A stretch of 31,250 bases of DNA, taken from NCBI GenBank assembly GCA_003135555.1, contig PLCF01000019.1, forward strand, positions 1 to 31,250, in the 5' to 3' direction. Source of the stretch: Vulcanimicrobiota bacterium (lineage in GTDB: Bacteria > Vulcanimicrobiota > Vulcanimicrobiia > Vulcanimicrobiales > Vulcanimicrobiaceae). The notes beneath the pieces were generated by a model. That model was not told the DNA's origin. It ran no database searches and saw only the letters and a program-made list of their open reading frames with translations. Below, piece after piece: positions 11,761-20,086 of the stretch. How positions within the stretch are numbered: position 1 is the first letter of the stretch; every line of letters starts with the position of its first letter. The position numbers were made by a program, and so were the translations under genes.

Positions 11761-12732
11761 TCAGGTGTACTTCACGCGCGGATCGAGCCACGCGTAGCAG
11801 ATGTCAGCCAACAAGTTACAGAACACCACCAGGAACGAGACCATGACGAGATAGCCCATGAGCACAGCGAAGTCGAACTGCCCCAGCGCGTTGATGAAGA
11901 GCCGGCCCATCCCCGGCCAGGCAAAGATCGTCTCGGTGATCACGGCGCCCGCAAACAGGCCGGGCAGGGTCAAGGCGATGACCGTCACGAGCGGGATCAG
12001 CGCGTTTTTGAGCCCGTGCTTGAGGATGACGGCGCGCTGCGAGACGCCCTTCGCGGCGGCGGTGCGCATGTAGTCGGTGCGGATCACCTCGAGCATCGAG
12101 CTGCGCATGAAGCGGCTGTACTGCGCGATGAACGCCAGCGAGAGCACGATCGTCGGCATGATGAGATGCTGAATGCGATCGCCCAGGTCGAAGTTGTCCT
12201 GCGTCGCTATCCCCGCCGACGGCAGCGCGAGGTGGTACCCGAACGCGGTGATCCCGACCACCGAGAACGCCAGCTGCAGCATCAGCGCGAACCAGAAGAC
12301 CGGCATCGACTGGCCGAAGAACGCGAACGTCGTGATGAGGTAGTCCAGCCACGAATATTGCCGTATCGCGCTGACGATCCCGAACAGGACGCCCATCCCG
12401 ATCGACAGGGTGAAGGCCGAGCCCATGAGCTCCAGCGTCGCCGGAAGCCGCTCGACGATCGCCTGGGTGACCGGCTCGGAGTTGGACATCGACCACCCGA
12501 AGTCGCCCTGAACGACCCGCCAGAGCCACTTGAAGTACTGCACGTACTTCGGCTGATCGAGCCCGAGATTGTGACTGAGCCGGTCGATGTCGGCTTGCGT
12601 GATGTGCGGGTTCTGCAAGTACGGGGTGAGCGGTCCACCCGGCGCCGCCTGGAGGATCGAGAAGATCACGACCGAGACGAGCAGCAGGAGCGGGATGTTC
12701 TGCAGCGACCGGCGGACGACGTAGGTGAGCAG
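11761..12732 (-). CDS. Peptide/nickel ABC transporter permease (OppB/DppB-like), probable CTG start
   Basis: LGLDQPKYVQY, RLPATLEL, DYMRTAAAKG and LDPRVKY. The family N-terminus (M)LTYVVRRSLQNIP extends to CTG 12732, preceded by GGAGGT-N7. Confidence 0.92.
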   Translation of the reverse strand: MLTYVVRRSLQNIPLLLLVSVVIFSILQAAPGGPLTPYLQNPHITQADIDRLSHNLGLDQPKYVQYFKWLWRVVQGDFGWSMSNSEPVTQAIVERLPATLELMGSAFTLSIGMGVLFGIVSAIRQYSWLDYLITTFAFFGQSMPVFWFALMLQLAFSVVGITAFGYHLALPSAGIATQDNFDLGDRIQHLIMPTIVLSLAFIAQYSRFMRSSMLEVIRTDYMRTAAAKGVSQRAVILKHGLKNALIPLVTVIALTLPGLFAGAVITETIFAWPGMGRLFINALGQFDFAVLMGYLVMVSFLVVFCNLLADICYAWLDPRVKYT

Positions 12733-12825
12733 CGGTGCGACCTCCCAGCAACGAACCGACGCGATTTCCGGCCGGGCCGCCTTTTCCCCTCGGCAAACCC
12801 TAGGAGCAACCCCGCAGCTCGATGT

Positions 12826-13647
12826 CTAGACGGCGGCCGTTCGCAGCTTGAGGATGCGCCGCGCCTCGTCGGGAGTCGCGACCGGACGGCCCAGCTCCGC
12901 CGCGATCCGCGCGACGCGGGCGACGAGCTCGTCGTTGCGCGCCAGCCGGCCTTTCTCGTAGTAGAGGTTGTCCTCGAGGCCGACCCGGACGTGACCGCCC
13001 ATCGCGATCGCCACCATCGCGAGCGGCAGTTGCATGCGCCCGATCCCCGCAACCGACCAGGTGCAGCCGGCGGGGAGCGCGCGCACGCAGTCGACGAGGT
13101 GCTCCACCGAGGCCTCGAGCCCGCCCGGGACGCCGAGCACGAAGTCGACGTGGGCCGGAAGCTCGATCGCGCCCTCTTTGGCCAGCAGCTTCGCGTTGGA
13201 GAGGTGGCCGAGATCGAAGATCTCCAACTCGACGGCGACGTCGTTCGCGCGCATCGCCGCGGCGATCCCGCGCATGATCGGAAAGCTGTTCTCGAAGATG
13301 TCGTCGCCGAAGTTCACCGTGCCGCAGGTGAGCGTCGCCATCTCGGGCCGCAGCGCCAACGGTCCGGCGCGCTGGTGCGGCGTCATCCCGATCGCGCCGC
13401 CGGTCGAGAACTGCACGATGAGGTCGCTCGCGGCGCGGATGGCGTCGTACGCCTGGCGGAAGCGCTCGACGGCGTGCGTGTTGGTCCCGTCGTCGTTGCG
13501 GCAGTGGACGTGCACGATGCTTGCGCCCGCGGCACGGCAGGCGCGCGCCGTCTCCCCGAGCTGCGCCGGCGTGACGGGCAGGTGCGGCGTCTGCTCGGGC
13601 ATGACTTCGGCGCCGACCGGCGCGACGGTGATGATCAGCGGGTCCAC
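12826..13647 (-). CDS. kce: 3-keto-5-aminohexanoate cleavage enzyme (BKACE/DUF849)
   Basis: PLIITVAPVGAE (Glu14), IVHVHCR (Zn HxH), STGGA, PEMATLTCGTVNFG and HVRVGLEDN. Confidence 0.9.
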   Translation of the reverse strand: MDPLIITVAPVGAEVMPEQTPHLPVTPAQLGETARACRAAGASIVHVHCRNDDGTNTHAVERFRQAYDAIRAASDLIVQFSTGGAIGMTPHQRAGPLALRPEMATLTCGTVNFGDDIFENSFPIMRGIAAAMRANDVAVELEIFDLGHLSNAKLLAKEGAIELPAHVDFVLGVPGGLEASVEHLVDCVRALPAGCTWSVAGIGRMQLPLAMVAIAMGGHVRVGLEDNLYYEKGRLARNDELVARVARIAAELGRPVATPDEARRILKLRTAAV

Positions 13648-13696
13648 GACCGGGACGGTTCGCCGGGCAAAACGCGCGTCCCGCGCTTCCCATCCG

Positions 13697-15991
13697 TCAA
13701 CCCTGACAGAAGAAGTCGGGAACCTCCTCCAAGCGTCGGATGAACTCCATCTCGTTGACGTGGATCCGTATCTGCTCGGAAGGCGCCAAACTCGATCGTT
13801 GAAAAATCGACCTTCCTGCGATCGAACTCATGCGCACAATGGCGTCCAGCGACCGCGCCGCGTAGCGATATTTCTCCACGGTCAAGAAAGCGTACACGAG
13901 CCCTGGATCGATGTTTATCTCCTCCACCAAGGCGTCATCGTGCGCGACGACCTGGAACAGATGGGCGCCCGAGTTCTTCAGTTGCGCGCTCAGCAACAGA
14001 GCACGGCGCAGAGCGATCGACGCGTCGATGTCCTCGATGCTGTAATTTGCCGGATGGTCCAGGCTCAAGACATCAACGTGCCCTTTGAGCCTGCTGAGGA
14101 AATCGGGTGCCTTTGCATCGGCTCCGAGCTTCGAGAGTGCTTGTTTCTCGAACTCGGCCATCGAGGAATTCGTGCCCCCCGCGAATACGAAGATCGCCGG
14201 ACCGACCGTGTGGGTAACGGGGCCCTCCTGAAATGTGCCGTCCTGCATTGGGGCCAGAAAATAGCGGAGCCAGCCGAGCCTTGCGTTCAGATTCGAATCG
14301 AACTCGTCCCAGAACACGACCGGCATCGCGCCTGCGACGCCTACGTCTCGAACTTGATGGAGCGCATCGTTAATCGCCTGTGCAGAGGAAAATTGTGACA
14401 GATTGAAGGTCAAGAGTCGGAGCGGTTGATCCTTCGCGACGTGATTCGCGACCTCGGTCACGCCGAAAGACTTGCCGGAGCCGGGCGCGCCGAAAACCGC
14501 GATGGAGAGCGGTTGACGCGTTTGCATCTCATTCTTCGGCATTCGGACGTCGAGGTAATTCTTGAAAAGCGATGCTATGATACTGTACGACTCGATCTCG
14601 GTTCGATCGGTCAGCACCAGCTCGCCGAACTTTCTGAGGGGATAGTCTGTCGTCGGCCCCACATCGGCGACGCCCTTCAATACGATGCGTTTCGCGTGCA
14701 GTAAGATCTCTTTGTAATCGGCGAGCGCTTCTCGCAAGATCTTCCACTTGAGCCTGTCCGTCTTCGCCGGTCTGCCGTCCAACTTCTGCGGGATCGCGCA
14801 ACTTGCGTATCTGATCGCCGTCGGATGCAGAAGCTCGGCGCCCTGATCGAACGACTTGACGATCGTATCCGCGATACTGTCGAGCGGAAAGTGCAGAGTC
14901 GGGACGGACACGTGGTCCCTGATCCTCTCTTTTCCCTCATGCGACGTGTTGGCGAACCCTTCCCGATGAAGCCTCAGCTGTGCCCGGAGCGCGGGGACAA
15001 TCGCCTTACCGAGGACGACAGGATCTCCACAATCGGCATTCCCGGCGTCAAGCATCCGAAGCAATTGCAAGAAGACAGCCGTCGTCAAACAGCGTGTATA
15101 TCCGAACATCGACCCGGGGTACTTCTCGGCCCAGGTCTCGCGGAGTTGGTGCGGATCGTAGTAGAGGTGGCCTTTGTAGTCACGACGCGTACGCGCATAG
15201 ACGGCTGCTCCGGCGCCGTAGAACGACACGACGACGTACGAACAGTCCCCGTACTCTGTCGGCCAGAGCCGGCGCAGTCCCATATCGAGATCCTCGATCG
15301 TGCGCTCCCACGTGAGGCCCCTGCTTATTCGCATCCGCCCGACGCGCAGATCGTCCGCACTGACGATGAGGACTATCCTGTTACCGAAATTTGCCTTGAC
15401 GTGAGCCCACAACGGGGATGGAGCGCCGCCCTCGGGTTTCGGTTTCCACCGCACGACTGCCCACGCGTCGTTGCGCGGAGTGAGAAGCGAAGGGGGCCAG
15501 GCCTCACGCTTTCCGCCGAAGCCGTAGGACGCGTCCTGCACGACCACGACATCGCCGCGAACCCCGTCGTCCCCATCCGCGTCCTCGACCAGTTTTCCGA
15601 GAAGCTCGTCGGGTTGGCGATCACTACCGACTCGGCGATAAACACGCCAGACGATGGCCTTCCCGCTTTGCGATTTCGCTTCGTCGTCTTCAAGCTCGTA
15701 CGGCGTACAGAGCATGTACGTGTGCCAATACGGCGGAGACCCTGGCAGAGTCGCGATCGAATCCATGTTCGGCCTCACGACGTACGCGTCGGCGCCACTG
15801 AGCTCGATCGTCTTTTCAATCAAACGCCCAAGTGCCGACGCGCATCCCTCTTCCGCAGTGCACTGCATGTAATGTCCCGTTTCCGGGCGCGTGCCGGTCG
15901 CGAGCAAGACCGTGCTCTGCGCAAAACGCCATTCGATCAGAATGTCGCCCGCCACGACGATCTTACGCCTTGCACCCGTCACGTTTTGCAC
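13697..15991 (-). CDS. Uncharacterised 764-aa protein: degenerate PfkB-like N-terminal domain plus AAA+ ATPase
   Basis: Walker A GAPGSGKS, Walker B VVFWDEFD, FVFAGGT, PDFLSRL and YAARSL; N-terminal KIVVAGDILIEW; lower GC than the flanks. Confidence 0.8.
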   Translation of the reverse strand: MQNVTGARRKIVVAGDILIEWRFAQSTVLLATGTRPETGHYMQCTAEEGCASALGRLIEKTIELSGADAYVVRPNMDSIATLPGSPPYWHTYMLCTPYELEDDEAKSQSGKAIVWRVYRRVGSDRQPDELLGKLVEDADGDDGVRGDVVVVQDASYGFGGKREAWPPSLLTPRNDAWAVVRWKPKPEGGAPSPLWAHVKANFGNRIVLIVSADDLRVGRMRISRGLTWERTIEDLDMGLRRLWPTEYGDCSYVVVSFYGAGAAVYARTRRDYKGHLYYDPHQLRETWAEKYPGSMFGYTRCLTTAVFLQLLRMLDAGNADCGDPVVLGKAIVPALRAQLRLHREGFANTSHEGKERIRDHVSVPTLHFPLDSIADTIVKSFDQGAELLHPTAIRYASCAIPQKLDGRPAKTDRLKWKILREALADYKEILLHAKRIVLKGVADVGPTTDYPLRKFGELVLTDRTEIESYSIIASLFKNYLDVRMPKNEMQTRQPLSIAVFGAPGSGKSFGVTEVANHVAKDQPLRLLTFNLSQFSSAQAINDALHQVRDVGVAGAMPVVFWDEFDSNLNARLGWLRYFLAPMQDGTFQEGPVTHTVGPAIFVFAGGTNSSMAEFEKQALSKLGADAKAPDFLSRLKGHVDVLSLDHPANYSIEDIDASIALRRALLLSAQLKNSGAHLFQVVAHDDALVEEINIDPGLVYAFLTVEKYRYAARSLDAIVRMSSIAGRSIFQRSSLAPSEQIRIHVNEMEFIRRLEEVPDFFCQG

Positions 15992-16054
15992 CCCGACTCA
16001 GGCAACCGGAAGGAGACTCGCCTCTCCTTTACGAGCTTATGCTCATGCCACCTC

Positions 16055-16960
16055 TTACGCGCGCATCTCGGGGTCGAGCGCGTCGCGCAGGCCGTCGCCG
16101 AGCAGGTTCACGCCCATCACGGCGATCATGATCGCCAGCCCCGGGAAGAGCGCCGTCCACCAGGCGGTGTCGAGATATTGCCGCCCGTCGGCGAGCATTC
16201 CGCCCCATGAGGGCGTCGTCGGCGGAACACCCAAACCCAGAAACGACAGCGACGACTCGAGCACGATCGCGCGCGCGATCTCGAAGGTGCCCAGCACGAT
16301 CGCTGCGCTCGCCACGTTGGGCAAGAGGTGGCGCGCCACGACGCGCCCCGGTGCGGCTCCCGCGGCTTCTGCGGCGACGATGAACTCGCGCTCGCGCAGG
16401 CTCATCGTCTCGGCCCGCACCACGCGCACGTACTGAACCCACGAGGTCAGGCCGATTGCGGCGATCACCGTCCACAGGCCGGGCCCCACGACGGCGACGA
16501 TCGCCACCGCCAGCAGCACCAGCGGAAAGGCCAGCTGCACGTCGGTGATGCGCGCGATCACCGCGTCGACGCGACCGCGACGGTAGCCGGCGACGAGCCC
16601 CGCGGTGACGCCGATCGTGCCGCCGATCGCGACCACGGAGAGGCCGACGATCGCCGAGACGCGCGAGCCCCAGATGATCCGCGCGAGCAGATCGCGGCCG
16701 AGGTTGTCGGTGCCCAGCGGGTGCTCGTGGACGCCGCCGGCGATCCAGGCCGGCGGCAGCAACGTTGCGGTCAGGTTCTGCGCGTTGGGGTCGACCCGCG
16801 CGATCAGCGGCGCGAACAGCGCGCACACCGCGACGACGACGACGATCGCGGCGCCGATCAACGCCGCGGGATCGCGCCGCAAGCGCCGCAGCGAGGCGGT
16901 CCGCGACGTGACCGAGACGACGTCGTCGGGCACGCCCGCCGCGGCAACGGCGGCGGTCAT
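16055..16960 (-). CDS. Peptide/nickel ABC transporter permease (DppC-like)
   Basis: HPLGTDNLGRDLLARIIWGSRVS, REFIVAAEAAG and LLGDGLRDALDP. ATG 16960 overlaps the upstream stop (ATGA). Confidence 0.95.
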   Translation of the reverse strand: MTAAVAAAGVPDDVVSVTSRTASLRRLRRDPAALIGAAIVVVVAVCALFAPLIARVDPNAQNLTATLLPPAWIAGGVHEHPLGTDNLGRDLLARIIWGSRVSAIVGLSVVAIGGTIGVTAGLVAGYRRGRVDAVIARITDVQLAFPLVLLAVAIVAVVGPGLWTVIAAIGLTSWVQYVRVVRAETMSLREREFIVAAEAAGAAPGRVVARHLLPNVASAAIVLGTFEIARAIVLESSLSFLGLGVPPTTPSWGGMLADGRQYLDTAWWTALFPGLAIMIAVMGVNLLGDGLRDALDPEMRA

Positions 16961-17874
16961 GCGTACCGGATGCGCGGGTCGAGCACCGCGTAGAGCAGGT
17001 CGACCGCGAGGTTGAGCACCACGAAGATCGTCGCGGCCAGCAGCACTACCGCCTCCACGACCGGGAAGTCGCGCTCGAACACGGCCTGCACCGCGAGCCG
17101 TCCGACCCCCGGCCACGCGAACACCGTCTCGGTGATGATCGCGCCCGAGAGCAGCGTGCCGAGCTCGACGCCCAATTGCGTCACGATCGGCAGCCAGGCG
17201 TTGCGCAGCCCGTGACCGAGCGCGACCCGCGTCCCGGTGAGCCCCTTGGCGCGCGCCGTGCGCAGGTAGTCGGCCTCCAAAATCTCCAGCATCGAGGCAC
17301 GTGTCAGGCGCATGATCTTCGCCGTCGAGAAGAATCCCAGCGTCGCCGCCGGCAGCACCAGGTTGCGCCAGTCGCCGATCCCGCTCGCCGGCACCCAGCC
17401 CAGCCGCACCGCGAAGAGCAGGATCAACATGAGGCCGATCCAGTACGTCGGCGCGCTCTGGCCGATGAGCGCAACGATGCGGGCGACGTAATCGATCCAG
17501 GTGCGCGGCCGCAACGCGGAGAGGACGCCCGCCGGAACCCCGATGAGTGCAACGATGAGAAACGCGGTGCCGGCAAGCTCGATCGTCGCCGGCAGGCGCT
17601 CGAGCGCAAGCGACATCGCCGGCTCTTGGTGGCGCAGCGACAGGCCCAGATCGCCGTGGGCGGCCGAAACCGCGAACCAGCCGAACTGCACGATCAGCGG
17701 ACGGTCGAACCCTTGCGCGTGCCGAAACGCATCGAGCTCGGCGCGGGTCGACTCGGGCGGCATCATCACGCTGGTCGGGTCACCGGTCAGGTGCAGAATG
17801 ATGAAGACGACGGTCGCGACGCCGATCAGCGCCCACAGCGCGCCCAGCGCGCGCCGCGCGAGGTACGCGACCAT
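16957..17874 (-). CDS. Peptide/nickel ABC transporter permease (DppB-like)
   Basis: MVAYLARR, RLPATIEL, DYLRTARAKG, ETVFAWPGVGRL and LDPRIRY. Confidence 0.95.
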   Translation of the reverse strand: MVAYLARRALGALWALIGVATVVFIILHLTGDPTSVMMPPESTRAELDAFRHAQGFDRPLIVQFGWFAVSAAHGDLGLSLRHQEPAMSLALERLPATIELAGTAFLIVALIGVPAGVLSALRPRTWIDYVARIVALIGQSAPTYWIGLMLILLFAVRLGWVPASGIGDWRNLVLPAATLGFFSTAKIMRLTRASMLEILEADYLRTARAKGLTGTRVALGHGLRNAWLPIVTQLGVELGTLLSGAIITETVFAWPGVGRLAVQAVFERDFPVVEAVVLLAATIFVVLNLAVDLLYAVLDPRIRYA

Positions 17875-17884
17875 CAGCCCGGCA

Positions 17885-19393
17885 CTACGTCAGCGACATC
17901 TCGTAGGCGCGAATGTTCTCGTCGCCGCGCGGCTGCCAGTGCAGCCGTTTCGAGGTGCCGTACAAATCCTCGTACTCGAACATCACGACCCAGGGCGCCT
18001 CTTCGTGGAGGATGGTCGCGATCTGCCGGTAGAGTGCCTTGCGCTTGACGACGTCGAGCTCGCCGCGCGCCGCATCGGTGAGCTTGTCGATCTCCGGGTT
18101 GCTGTAGCACGAGAGCGGCGCCGTGGTGGTGAACAGTGCCGTGATGACGCCGTCCGCGTCGGCCGACGGCTGGTTCCAGCCGAGCTCGTACATCGGCGTC
18201 AGCGCGCGGCGATTGAGCTGGTCGGAGTACGAAACCCACTCCTGCGCCCGCACCGTCGTTGCAATCCCGGCCGCCTGCAACTGCCCGGCGATCGCTTCGG
18301 CGATCTCGCGGTCGCGGTTATAGCGGCCAATCGGCGCGTTGAGGGTCAGCGCGAGGCCCTTGCCGTCGGGATAGCCGGCCTTGACGAGCAGGGCCTTGGC
18401 CTTGGCGAGGTCGTGCTTGTAGCCCGGCACCGACGCGTCGTAACCGAAGTAGTTCGGCGGGATCGGCGAGCTGATCTCGTAACCGCGTCCGCCGACCACG
18501 TTCTTGACGATCGCCGGCACGTCGACCGCGTAGTTGATCGCTTGGCGCACGAGCTTGTTCTGTTGCGGCCCCGGCTGCAGCGTGTTGAACGCGATGAACA
18601 GCTGGCGCAGGCTGCGCGTGCTCGCGAGCTTGGTGTTCTGTCCGCCGACGAGCTGAATCTGGTATTGCGGCGGGACGTTGGTGATCAGGTCGGTCGCCCC
18701 CGTGCGCAGCGCCGCGACGCGCGCGCCGGCTTCCGGGATCGGCTTGAACACGACGTGGTCGATTTTCGGGTGGCCGCCCCACCACTTGGGGTTCACGTCG
18801 AACGAGGTCTGGTCGTCGCGCTTCCATTCGTGCAGCACGTAGGGTCCGGTGCCGACCGGGTGCTCGGCGACGTACGCGTTGCCGCGCGCTTGAAAGTATT
18901 TCGCATCGACGATGAACAGCGGGTTCTGCAGCCCCGGCGGGATCGCCAGCGGCGTCTTCGAGATGAAGTGCACGGTGTACGGATCGGGCGTCTCGACCCG
19001 ATCGATGTCGCGCACGTACGGCGTTTGCTTGGAGTTGTTGGCCGGATTTTTGATCCAGTCGACCGTGAACTTCACGTCGGCGCTGGTAAAGGGGTCGCCG
19101 TTGGAGAACGTCACACCCCGGCGCAGCTTGTACTCCTCGGTCGTGGGATTGATGCGCTTCCACGAAACGGCGAGCTTGGGCTCGTAGTCGCCGGGCCGCG
19201 TACCGAAGTCCGCCAACCGCTCGTAGACGTGCTGCACGACGTTGAAGGTCGGCGTGATCGTCGTAGCGAGGGGGTTGAGCGTGTCGGCGTCGACGCCTTG
19301 CGAAATTGTGACCGTCGTGTCGGCCGCACGCACCGATCCGGCGGCGGCGAGCGCCAGGGCGGCACCCGCGACAAGGACGATCGCGCGTTTCAT
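17885..19393 (-). CDS. ABC transporter substrate-binding protein, family 5 (copy 1)
   Basis: Signal peptide MKRAIVLVAGAALALAAA; KLRRGVTFSNGDPFTSADVK, PVGTGPY and VRQAINYAVD. Confidence 0.94.
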   Translation of the reverse strand: MKRAIVLVAGAALALAAAGSVRAADTTVTISQGVDADTLNPLATTITPTFNVVQHVYERLADFGTRPGDYEPKLAVSWKRINPTTEEYKLRRGVTFSNGDPFTSADVKFTVDWIKNPANNSKQTPYVRDIDRVETPDPYTVHFISKTPLAIPPGLQNPLFIVDAKYFQARGNAYVAEHPVGTGPYVLHEWKRDDQTSFDVNPKWWGGHPKIDHVVFKPIPEAGARVAALRTGATDLITNVPPQYQIQLVGGQNTKLASTRSLRQLFIAFNTLQPGPQQNKLVRQAINYAVDVPAIVKNVVGGRGYEISSPIPPNYFGYDASVPGYKHDLAKAKALLVKAGYPDGKGLALTLNAPIGRYNRDREIAEAIAGQLQAAGIATTVRAQEWVSYSDQLNRRALTPMYELGWNQPSADADGVITALFTTTAPLSCYSNPEIDKLTDAARGELDVVKRKALYRQIATILHEEAPWVVMFEYEDLYGTSKRLHWQPRGDENIRAYEMSLT

Positions 19394-19429
19394 TTGCTCG
19401 CGCATACGGCCGTGGCGGGCGCAGCCCCT

Positions 19430-20002
19430 TCAGCCGTGCGTTACGACCTCGGCCCGGTCGCCGCCGAGCACGAGCTGCGGCCGTTGCGAGAAGGCATACT
19501 CGCCGGCGGGCTGCCGATCGAACACCCACACCAGGTCGAAGCGGTCGTCGGGCCACGCCTGCGGCGCCGTCGTGTCATTGCCGAGGATGGCGTTCGCGAT
19601 CTTGGGGATGCGATTGTGCTCCCAGGAGACCAAGACGACACCGCGCCGCCCGCGCAGCTCGGCGACCAACGCGTCCTCCTCGTCGAGCCCGTAGCGCGCG
19701 TCGATCTCCACACCAAGCCGCTCGGCCAACGGCATGACGGTTTGGTGCGGACGGCCGTGATCGCCGTCGTCGCCCTTGAGCGGCGGCGCAAAGATCGCGT
19801 CCGGTACGAGTATCGCCGCGTCTGCGGGGAGGCGAAAGAAGTGCGCTAGCGCGCCCGCGCGCTGCCAGCCCCGCACCACCAACGAATGATGGTCCTCGCG
19901 GCCGTCATCCTTGATCCCGGCGGGCGGGCCGGACGGCGGCGGCTTCTCCCCGTGGCGGATCAGCAGGATCTGTCGGGGCGGTGCCCCGGCGCTCGATTCC
20001 AA
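19430..20002 (-). CDS. Histidine phosphatase (phosphoglycerate-mutase-like) family protein
   Basis: LLIRHGEKP (RHG motif), RGWQRA, RPHQT and VLVSWEH; TTG start with GAGGAG RBS. Confidence 0.8.
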   Translation of the reverse strand: MESSAGAPPRQILLIRHGEKPPPSGPPAGIKDDGREDHHSLVVRGWQRAGALAHFFRLPADAAILVPDAIFAPPLKGDDGDHGRPHQTVMPLAERLGVEIDARYGLDEEDALVAELRGRRGVVLVSWEHNRIPKIANAILGNDTTAPQAWPDDRFDLVWVFDRQPAGEYAFSQRPQLVLGGDRAEVVTHG

Positions 20003-20086
20003 TGGACCTCTCCTCGTTCGGCATGGCCCCCTTCGGCACGGGGAGAACGATCCGTTCCCCCGTCACCCGCGCAAGGACCCTCCGGC

